From NCBI RefSeq assembly GCF_006345805.1, contig NC_043011.1, forward strand, positions 11,718,001-11,782,000: DNA of 64,000 nt. Direction: 5' to 3'. Below the pieces are notes generated by a model that was not told where the DNA came from, made no database searches, and saw only the letters and a program-made list of their open reading frames with translations. The DNA comes from Octopus sinensis (taxonomy: Eukaryota). Position numbers and translations under genes: made by a program. Of this stretch, positions 54,451-64,000 are shown piece by piece. Position 1 is the stretch's first letter. Each line of letters opens with the position of its first letter.

Positions 54451-54632
54451 ACATTCATAGTACAAACATACATTCATAGTACAAACATACATTCATAGTA
54501 CAAACATACATTCATAGTACAAACATACATTCATAGTACAAACATACATTCATAGTACAAACATACATTCATAGTACAAACATACATTCATAGTACAAAC
54601 ATACATTCATAGTACAAACATACATTCATAGT
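54451..54632. repeat. 19-bp minisatellite (acattcatagtacaaacat) in about 9.5 perfect copies
   Basis: Directly visible. Confidence 0.95.
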
Positions 54633-54719
54633 ATGTACAAATATAAACGTTTATGCATGTGTATGTGCATATATATATATAATGAATATATATTTATTTA
54701 TGCATGCAGGCATGCATGC

Positions 54720-54752
<33 letters not shown>

Positions 54753-54872
54753 TGTATGTACGTACGTACGTATGTATGTATGTATCTGTATGTATTATAT
54801 ATATATATATATATTATATATATAGGTATATATATATATATATATATAATATATATATACATACATACACAC

Positions 54873-54909
<37 letters not shown>

Positions 54910-54916
54910 TATATAA

Positions 54917-55046
54917 GCGTAGGAGTGGCTGTGTAGTAGAAGCTTGCTTCTCAACCACATGCCTCCGGGTTCAGTCACACTGCGTGGTATCTTGGGCAAG
55001 GGTCTTCTACTAGCTTCTTCGGGCCGACCAAAGCCTTGTGAATCGT
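54917..55046 (+). mobile_element. SINE family A, 5' part
   Basis: Head homology. Confidence 0.75.
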
Positions 55047-55109
55047 GTGGTAGGCGAAACACACACACCCACCAATAATATAAATGATATATATATATAT
55101 AATATATAT

Positions 55110-55145
<36 letters not shown>

Positions 55146-55213
55146 TAATAGAGAGAGAGAGAGAGAGAGAGAGTCCACAGTGATCCGAAGGTAGGAGAGG
55201 TGTAGCCGGGGGC

Positions 55214-55244
<31 letters not shown>

Positions 55245-55273
55245 CATTATTTACGGATATTTGTCCTCACCTT

Positions 55274-55317
55274 CACAACGTTTCGGCTGATATACCCTCC
55301 AGCCTTCATCAGGTGTC
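55274..55317 (-). ncRNA. Minimal hammerhead motif (short stem I)
   Basis: cac CUGAUGA A ggcug-loop-cagcc GAAA CGUU gug. Confidence 0.6.
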
Positions 55318-55728
55318 TTGGGGAAATTTCGAACCTGGTTTCTCATTCCTAAGGTATTTTTTTGATGTTGTTATTATTATAATTAAGGTCCCTGTCTGGA
55401 ATCGAACTCGGAATCTTTAGTTTTTGATGGAGTTTCTCTATATGTCTCCGTTGAAGTCTAATGTCGGTTCCGTACCGATTAGATAATACATTTCTATATT
55501 TAAGAGATGAGGAATTATGTACATTATTTACATTATTTACATTATTTACATTATTTCTATTTGACGGATATTTGTCCTCATCTTTTTTGTTGTTAACACA
55601 ACGTTTCGGCTGATATATCCTCCAGAAGATTCCTAGTTCGATTCCAGGCAGTGACCTTAATAATAGTAATAATAACAACATCAAATAAATACCTTAGGAA
55701 TGAGAACCCAGGTTCGAAATTTCCCCAA

Positions 55729-55774
55729 AACATCTGATGAAGCCTGGAGGGTATATCAGCCGAAACGTTGTGTT
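55729..55774 (+). ncRNA. Minimal hammerhead motif (stem II mismatch)
   Basis: aacau CUGAUGA A gccug-loop-cagcc GAAA CGUU guguu. Confidence 0.6.
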
Positions 55775-55870
55775 AAGAACAAATAAGATGAGAACAAATA
55801 TACGTCAAATATAAATAATGTGAATAATGTATACATTCCTCATCTCATAAATAGAGAACTATATATATAG

Positions 55871-55959
<89 letters not shown>

Positions 55960-56182
55960 GGAGAGTTTACGAAAAAAACAAAAAAGACGAAGACAGGTGG
56001 TGTACCAAACAAACAGATGTATTAGTATAACGCTCAGGAATAGAAAAAGTCTTTACGTTTCGAGCCTACGCTCTTCTACAGAAAGGGACACAGAAAAAAC
56101 AAGGAGAGAAACACGGAGAGAGAAAATCTGTGTAGTGGCTAACGATCTATCATGGCGACTAGTATATATATAATATATACAT

Positions 56183-56216
<34 letters not shown>

Positions 56217-56499
56217 CACACATATATATATATATATGCATATATGGGTACAAAACGTCACCAACAGTAAACAAGAAATACGAAAACAAATGAATTAAGT
56301 ACGCAAACAACGAGAGAAAAAATGGGACACAGAACAAATAATACAAAGAACGACCCTTCTTCAGTTGTCTTTCTACTCCTCATTTCGAGGATGAAGGGTG
56401 GTTTTTTGTGTTACTTGTCTCGTTGTTTGCATATTTAGCTCATTTATTTTCGTATTTCATGTTGTTTACTGTCAGTGATGTTCTGTACCCATATATATA

Positions 56500-56670
56500 A
56501 CAAGACCAAGAGGAGGCCCGAAATTCCGTTTTAAAGACTAGCTGAAACGAACCTTGGCTCAAGCTAACATCCAGCCATCCTCATAGGAACAGATTGCCAT
56601 GGAGGACTGCTATCCGCAATGGAGCCAGCTCCTTCGAATCTTGTTTTCACCTTCATGCCTCACATCTTGA
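56500..56670 (+). mobile_element. RTE LINE C-terminal fragment
   Basis: RPRGGPKFRFKD.LKRTL...WRTAIRNGASSFES. Confidence 0.7.
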
Positions 56671-56700
56671 ATACTTCAATTTCGAGATTATTATTATTGT

Positions 56701-56732
<32 letters not shown>

Positions 56733-56739
56733 TTGTTGT

Positions 56740-58182
56740 TGCTGATGGCGATTTACAGCGTAATTCAGTTAAGTGAACGTATCATTTCAGTCACCTATTC
56801 GGTTGTTTATTTACAGAGTGATTAAGTTAACTGATAATATCATTTCAGTCATCCACTCGGGTGTTTTATTTAAAGAGTTAACAGGTTTACCCGTGATCCA
56901 TTCCTGCCTGATTCGTTACTTAAAAAGGAAATATACATACACCATGTCTCACGTTTTTAACAATATCCATGGAAGGAAGAAACTTGTGTATGACATGAAT
57001 TACATATATAAAGCACAATACATTACCGATTGCATACTATTCTGGTGAACTACATCTGCCGACATTATGAGTTTAGCGTTAAAATCAAATGATTTTCGCG
57101 CTGGTTTTTCTTCCTCTCGATAATGTGATTGATGGATTTGAAGATCTTGTAGTTGACGACGATCTTCCGCAAGAACTTATGTTCTACTTTGAATTATCGT
57201 GCATGGGATGCATGCGAGGTAGAGGAAGTAGACAACGAAGAACTCCTTTGTTTCCCATTGATAGTTGGAATGTCTGCTTTAGAACAGAATCAGATGTGCC
57301 TCGCACTAATAACCATTCAGAGGGATATCACAATATTTTCTACTCTAGGCACAAGGGCCCGAAATTTGGGGGAGTGAGCCAGTCGATTAAATCGATCCCA
57401 AGTACGCAATTGGTACTTAATTTATCGACCCCGAAAGGATTAAAGGTAAAGTCGACCTCGGCGGAATTTGAACTCAGAACGTAGCGGCAGACGAAATACC
57501 TATTTCTTTATTACCCACAAGGGGCTAAACATAGAGGGGACAAACAAGGACAGACATAGGTATTAAGTCGATTACATCGACCCCAGTGCGTAACTGGTAC
57601 TTAATTTATCGACCCCGAAAGGATGAAAGGTAAAGTCGAACTCGGCGGAATTTGAACTCACAACGTAACGGCAGACGAAATACCGTTGAGCATTTCGCCC
57701 GGCGTGCTAACGTTTCTGCCAGCTCGCCATCACAATGCACTACAAAGTTCTTTAACTTGTACACATCCGAATCTATGGAAATTAATTACTGCATTGAAAA
57801 GGAAGAACATTTGACGCAACCAAGAAAGGTTGAATTTGATCAAGGTCAGATCTGCAGGACTTCCCCCCCCCCCCCAAAAAAAAAAAATATAAAGATATAA
57901 ACAAATAGCTGTAGATAATTATTCAGTGATATAGTCCTGCAAATAAGGTGGACTTTATACGAGCTATAGCTCATAACCTTCATAATTATTGAAGCTTTTA
58001 GAAATATTTTTATGTTTTACTGTACTTTTATTTTATCGTTATTCAACGTTTTATTTTTTTCTAATATCGGGAGTGAAATTATCAGGAGGGAAATTGACTG
58101 ACACTCAAATTACCGGGGGTCAAATTACCGTAGTCAAAATACCGGGAGTGTCAAATTACAGGCTACCGGATAAAATAAGTCC
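56740..58182 (+). mobile_element. Mutator-like (MULE) element remnant with nested SINEs
   Basis: ALVFLPLDNVIDGFE...YFE...FPIDSWNV...RTNNHSEGYHN; short subterminal-type repeats (caaattac) at 58070-58180. Confidence 0.75.
57350..57728 (-). mobile_element. Two head-to-tail SINE family C copies
   Basis: Homology to other copies. Confidence 0.85.
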
Positions 58183-58282
58183 NNNNNNNNNNNNNNNNNN
58201 NNNNNNNNNNNNNNNNNNNNNNNNNNNNNNNNNNNNNNNNNNNNNNNNNNNNNNNNNNNNNNNNNNNNNNNNNNNNNNNNNN
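58183..58282. other. Assembly gap (100 N)
   Basis: Run of n. Confidence 1.
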
Positions 58283-58850
58283 AATTTCAGCTTACAGTAA
58301 AAAGGACTATTATTATGATTCTTACTTTAGTCATTAGACTGCGGCCATGCCTGAGCTACTATTTTCTCTATTTTTGTGACTTTTCATTTTCTAGATTTTT
58401 AGAAATAGATATATCTCTTTTCTTTTATTGCATTAATAATATCTACTAGTAACTTTTTAATTATATTATTAAAATTAACATCCATTTATTAGACAATCAT
58501 TTTATTTTTTAAAATCAATTTTATTATTATTGTCTTTCAGAATCTTTTATATTTTGACTTAACTCTCTTGTAACGTTACGTCGAGAATTTAGTATTTAAC
58601 AAAGATTTTCTTTGACCGGAGGGCGTACCTTAAATTCTGCATTATTTTGAAAGATTTTTTTCATTTTGCATTCAGTAATTCATTTATCATTAAATATAAT
58701 AATATAAATTATTCACATATCTTTAAGTTACGAAACAGTTTGTCCTGATATTTGAATTTTCTTATTGTTAAACCTCATCAAACTATTTCTGTCATTTATG
58801 ACGTTACACACACACGCACACATGTACATGTATGTATATATATACATAGA

Positions 58851-59069
58851 TAAGGCGGCGAGCTGGTAGAAACGTTAGCACGCCGGGCGAAATTCGTCTG
58901 TCGTTACGTTCCGAGTTCAAATTCCGCCGAGGTCGACTTTGCCTTTCATCCTTTCGGGGTCGATAAATTAAGTACCAGTTACGCACTGGGGTCGATGTAG
59001 TCGACTTAATCCCTTTGTCTGTCCTTGTTTGTCCCCTCTGTGTTTAGCCCCTTGTGGGCAGTAAGAAAT
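58851..59069 (+). mobile_element. SINE family C
   Basis: aggcggcgagctgg head through gtaagaaata tail. Confidence 0.88.
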
Positions 59070-59087
59070 ATATATATACATAGATAG

Positions 59088-59124
<37 letters not shown>

Positions 59125-59194
59125 ATCTAATATATATATATATACATACATACATACATATATATACACATGGATTCATATATACACATACCGA

Positions 59195-59592
59195 CGCAGC
59201 ATGGCTGTGTGGTAACTTGTTTACCAACCACATGGTTTCAGGTTCAGTCCCACTGGGTGGTACCTTGGCCAAGTATTTTCTGCTATAGCCTTGGGCCAAC
59301 CAAAGCCTTGTGAGTGGATTTGGTAGATGGAAACTGAAATAAGGTCGTCGTGTATATAAATATACATATATGAATATGTATGTGTGTCTGCGTCAGCGTT
59401 TGTCCTCTCCCCATCACTTGACAACCAATGTTGGTGTGTTTACGTTCCCGTAACCTAGCGGTTCGACAAAAGAACCGATAGAAGAAGCATTAGGCTTATA
59501 AAGAATAAATCCTGGGATCAATTCGTTCGACTAAAGGCGGTGCTCCAGCATGGCCGCAGTCAAAACGACTGAAACGATTAAAGAATACGAGA
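59195..59592 (+). mobile_element. SINE family A
   Basis: Head, internal simple repeat and tail. Confidence 0.85.
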
Positions 59593-59732
59593 ATACTGAC
59601 TATTTTAACATTGCTGTTTTTATGTTTCTGAAATTTTCATCACACAGCTCGTCCACATGTACTGGGACGACTGTAATTCTAAACACACACACACATCTCT
59701 TAGTCTGTCTGTCTCTCCCACTTTCTCTCTGC

Positions 59733-59768
<36 letters not shown>

Positions 59769-60626
59769 GATTTCATTACGCAATATTTTAATAAGGAAAA
59801 GCAATAGAAAACTCCAGCTAAGTCACAAGTATTTACTCACAATCAACTTTTATTTTCTGTCTTACAAGTGTTCAAATGTGGCCACCCCCATCTGCAGCAC
59901 GAGCAACATCAATGCGATAAGAAAATTCCTCTCTGACGCGTATCAGCATGTCACGATCCACTGAGTATTTCTTTGTCTGGTTGAATGCTTTATCGATGAT
60001 TTTCCATTTTCCTTCTATGTCAATATCTTCTGGAATCGTCTCAAGCAAAGCAAATTTATTCTCTAGTTCCATAATGAACTTGCTTTTGATATGCTGATAC
60101 GCGTCTAGGAGGAATTCTCTTACCGCACTTATGTTGCCCGTGCTGCATTGAACACTTGTATGACAGGAAATAAAAGTTGATTGTGAGTAAATACTTGTGA
60201 CTTAGCTGGAGTTTTCTTTTGCTTTTCCTTATTGCGTAATGAAATCGGTTCATTCTTTTTGAATAACTTTATATGTATATTTGTCGTTATTTGACATTGA
60301 TGAAAAACTGATGACTTTGTACCCAGGCAATTAAAAATGGAGACAAAATTCTTTCTGTACCAAAAACAAGGCGCGTGCACACATACAGAGGAAATTGTGT
60401 GTGTGTGTGTATCTATCGACATACGTATATAGAGCTACAGATATTCTTTGCTCACTGTCACCGAGCATCTCAGTTGTTCAGTTGTAACTAGTTTGTGATC
60501 GAAGTATTTTATTTTGCAAGGTACTAATTTCCCCTTGAATTTGTGATTTCAGAGAAAGGTAAGAAATTCTTCATATTTTGCATCTTTGGTATTTAGACTC
60601 TACAGTTTGAATTGTCTATCCAATCG

Positions 60627-61039
60627 GGATCTTTTCGGTTTGAACGGCAGTTTTTTTCTAGCGGTGTCATATGAAATTGTCACCCATAATTATGACCCTA
60701 GTATCGATCTATTGCATTTCAATCTCTTTTAGGGTTAGGGTGGGGGAAGGGTATCTTTTTTTCTTCACAAATGTAAATAAACCCAATCTGTTTCTTAAAC
60801 AAGGGACATATTCATACGGCACAGAATGTTTTTTTTACCTCAATGGACGTCAATGATTGGTTGAAATTGCAGAAATTGAAGAAAAAACAACAACAAATAT
60901 CTTACAAACTATAGAAGTTTCTCAATAAAGCCAAGAGAAAAAGATGTTTTTTCAACACATTCTACCAGTATACGAAGTTAAAATTTTTTTAGTTACCTAG
61001 AAATTATGTTAAAAACTGCCGTTCAAACCGAAAAGATCC
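60627..61039. mobile_element. MITE (Merlin-like) with 8-bp TSD
   Basis: TIRs ggatcttttcggtttgaacggcagtttt; TSD tccaatcg at 60619-60626 and 61040-61047. Confidence 0.92.
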
Positions 61040-61574
61040 TCCAATCGAAATATTACAACAGGTAACAGTGAAATATAGAATTTAAAAAAAAGGCTTTTTC
61101 GAATGTTATCAAATCTTTGAGAACATTCACATCTATTCTTTCAAAAATATATAATTTGAAATAGTTTGCTTTAGTCTTGGACTGTAAGTGTTTCGTATTT
61201 TTTTGATGTTCTTGAATAAAATTCTTTGCATAAAAAGCTGAGACAACTATACTCCACAGTTGTTATTTTAAGATACTTGTCTTCTGATATTTGTGAGTCC
61301 ATCGAATAAATATTCAACCCTGTTAAATATTAGTCTTCCTAAACATGAAATGATACGATAGTTCCAGCCCTAAATAAATTTAATTTATTGTATTTTTAAA
61401 GATGTTCTTTGGGATAACGTGAAATATTGAACTTCAGATAGAATAAAGTAAAACATAGCTATGAATAAAAGGTGCGTAGATTATGAATTTTGATTGAAGA
61501 GATGGGGCCTCTAAAAGTCACGCGACGGCCCTGTGTGAACAACAACGTAAAAACACATACTCACATATACACAT

Positions 61575-61790
61575 ATTTTTCTTCTGTTCGCTTATTTGTT
61601 TCAGTAATTTAACTGCGGCAATGCTGGAGCACCACCTTTAGTCAAACAAATCGGTCCCAGAATTTATTCTTTGTAAGCCTAGTACTTATTCTATCAATTT
61701 CTTTTGCGGAACTGCTAAGTTACGAGGACGTAAACGCACCAACATCGGTTGTCAAGCGATGATAGGGGGAAAACACAGACAGACAAACAA
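61575..61790 (-). mobile_element. SINE family A, 3' half
   Basis: Homology to other copies. Confidence 0.8.
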
Positions 61791-61857
61791 TAACATATGC
61801 ATACATACATACATATATATGTATGTATGTATAATATTATATATATATATATATATA

Positions 61858-61910
<53 letters not shown>

Positions 61911-61920
61911 ATAATATATA

Positions 61921-62748
61921 TCAGGGGACACTTTGCCTGCATATGTCCCCTTCTTTTACATTTATAACATATTGGTGGTCTCGCCTCAGTCGGGTTCGTC
62001 GGTGAGCACCAACTCTTCTGCAATGTGGTGTAAATCCGGCAGGGTTATATGTATCAGTGCTTCCCACACCATAACCCCACCAGTTAACGTCTCTTGATTT
62101 TTCAACCTTGAGGATATCTATCCCCTCTTTACAAGTGTAAATTATAGCTGTTACAAGCCTCTCTACTTCGATCTCCGGTGGTACCTTTCCTATTTTCACC
62201 TTCGCTGCTCGTTTCCCACAATAGGTAGGTAGAAGTATCCACCTAGCTGTTCTCAATATCGTAGTAGCGTGGTTTTTGGCTTCCTTCTCACTTTCAAACC
62301 GTACTTCTACGGTGGCGAACTTCCTTCCTCTTGTGTAGAAGGTAGTTCTGTCTTTTATTTCTGTTAGACATTCCTCAATGTCGTCTGTTTCAGCCACTTC
62401 TATTTTTTTGGTGGCTATATTCCATGTTTAGTATACGATAATTTTTCTGCTCGCTTTTTCTGCATCTTCCTCCGGCGGTGTGATTCGCAGGCAATCTCCC
62501 TCCTTCGTGAAAGTTTCAAAATATTTTTCCAAATTTTCCTTCTTAATTAGTATCTCTTTCAACTGCAACATGTCGGCAGAAAAACTTTTGACTGAAGCCT
62601 GCGCGTAATTTAGTGTTTGCATACCCACAGTGGGTAGCTAGAAAACAATTTTCAAAAATTCAACCACAATAGTACTTTCAACAATAACAATTTTCTGTAC
62701 TCACAATATCAGAAAGTCAACTCAGAAAAACCAAAACGCAGGTGACAT
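61921..62748 (-). mobile_element. LINE 5' UTR and ORF1 (RRM-like region + CCHC knuckle; L1/Tx1-type), truncated
   Basis: RGRKFATVEVRFES...WILLPTYCGKR..KVKIGKVPPEI; PICYKCKRRGHMQAKCP; frameshifts. Confidence 0.7.
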
Positions 62749-63062
62749 TCTAGGGTAGCAAGGCCTGCTAGTTGAGATGTTTGCCAAGGCTTCGCAAATA
62801 TATATATATATTCAGTGAAATCTATTCACTGATCATCAAAATTAGAAATATTGAATTTCTAAATGTCTCAGAGAGACATGAGCGGTGGTGGAGCGATAGA
62901 GTGGTTTTATACTGTCAACATAACGTGACAGTCCCGTAAAGGGAATCACACCACCGCTATTTAGCCCTAGGAAGCATCGACGCTTCCTGTCGGCTTTGAC
63001 ACATTTCCTGTGTCCTTATATTGCGAAGGGGACACAAACACCCTCACTAGCTAGGGCCTGCA

Positions 63063-63108
63063 CCTAGAGACATGCATGTTTCTGAGTCTTGCTCGTCATC
63101 AGTCTAGG
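63063..63108 (-). ncRNA. Type I hammerhead ribozyme
   Basis: ccuaga CUGAUGA cgag-caaga-cuca GAAAC augcau GUC ucuagg: 6-bp stem I, palindromic stem III ACAUGCAUGU, canonical GUC triplet. Confidence 0.78.
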
Positions 63109-63206
63109 GTAGCAAGGCCTGCTAGTTGAGATGTTTGCCAAGGCTTCGCATATATATATATTTTCAGTGAAATCTATTCACTGATCACCAAAGTTAGCAA
63201 TATTGA

Positions 63207-63264
<58 letters not shown>

Positions 63265-63267
<3 letters not shown>

Positions 63268-63554
63268 GCGCAATGGTCCAGTGGTTAAGGCAGTGGATGG
63301 CGGTTTCGATTCCCAGATCAGGAGATGTGAGTGTTTATTGAGCAAAAACACCTACAGCTCCACGAGGCTTCGACAGGGAGGGTGGCGATCCCTACTGTAC
63401 TCTTTCGCCACAACTTTCTCTCACTCTTTCTTCTGTAGGCCTGCTCGCTTAGCCTGCGGGATGGCGTCATTTTGAAGACTAAAACAGTGCGAAGCGCATT
63501 GTGACCAGCGATTTGTAGCAACATCTGCTGGCCTGGTCGGTCACGGTGACGGTG

Positions 63555-63555
<1 letters not shown>
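63265..63555 (+). mobile_element. SINE family B (tail type 3)
   Basis: tRNA-like head, shared core, tail matching 8370-8490. Confidence 0.85.
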
Positions 63556-63592
<37 letters not shown>

Positions 63593-63959
63593 ATAATATA
63601 TATATATATATATATATGTCTATATATATCTAATATATAATATATATAATATATATATATTATATATATATATATATAATATATATATATATATAATATA
63701 TATATATATAATATATATATATATATACATAGACACACACACACACACCACACACACACACACACACATTTATTGATGTTTGTTTTTAAGTTATGACAAA
63801 AGCAGTTTGCATTTAATTGAATGATTATCTAATACATTTCTAGAGAGCAAATTTATTATTCTTTAACAAGAATAGTGTTGACAGAAATTACGGACTTTCG
63901 GCCAGCTAAGCCATGATGACTTGGCTGGCCGAAACTTCAGAGTCACTGTCAATACTATT

Positions 63960-64000
63960 GAGGCACAGGAGTGGCTGTGTGGTAAGAAGCTTACTTCCCA
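63960..64000 (+). mobile_element. SINE family A head (runs off window)
   Basis: aggcacaggagtggctgtgtggtaag. Confidence 0.75.

Larger units (their letters stand above)
55250..55860. mobile_element. Penelope-like pLTR cluster in mixed orientation
   Basis: Minus copies at about 55250-55410 and 55420-55626 (the latter includes NRYGTDIRLQRRHIEKLHQK, PLE ORF-start-like); plus copy at 55627-55860. Confidence 0.7.

Noticed and set aside
54451-54632. CRISPR-like appearance of regular repeats
   Set aside because: The units are contiguous with no unique spacers, and the context is eukaryotic.
54275-64000. Search for the homeodomain exon of the eh1 gene
   Set aside because: No WFQNRR- or RTxFT-like sequence was found by eye on the plus strand, so no gene symbol was assigned.

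Overview
This is eukaryotic, AT-rich, repeat-dense genomic DNA with one 100-N assembly gap. The SINE families and the extreme microsatellite load suggest a cephalopod such as Octopus; this is an inference. Two host genes are supported. (1) A minus-strand gene assembles from exons at 15059-15068, 6801-7076, a candidate 12-nt microexon at 6127-6138, 5769-5933 and 3929-4456, and continues off the left end. It encodes a secreted protein with a signal peptide, a CBM14 chitin-binding domain and the N-terminus of a chitobiase-type GH20 beta-N-acetylhexosaminidase. (2) A plus-strand first exon (52540-54274) starts with an eh1 motif (LTPFSIENIL) followed by about 570 low-complexity residues. It is probably an NK-class (Lbx/NK3-like) homeobox repressor whose homeodomain exon lies outside the window. 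The rest is mobile DNA: at least four SINE families, and RTE, CR1, HERO-like, R4/Dong-like and L1/Tx1-like LINE remnants. It also holds mariner, Tc1, DD37D, DUF4817-type and MULE transposon remnants, Helentron-like elements, a Merlin-like MITE with 8-bp TSDs, and a Penelope-like element flanked by 1.45-kb inverted repeats. The most striking unannotated signal is a set of hammerhead ribozyme motifs in at least three unrelated Penelope/retrozyme-like families, plus a permuted hammerhead-like motif in a HERO 3' UTR. Most listed ORFs are translations of microsatellites and were rejected. Repeat boundaries are approximate unless TSD coordinates are given.
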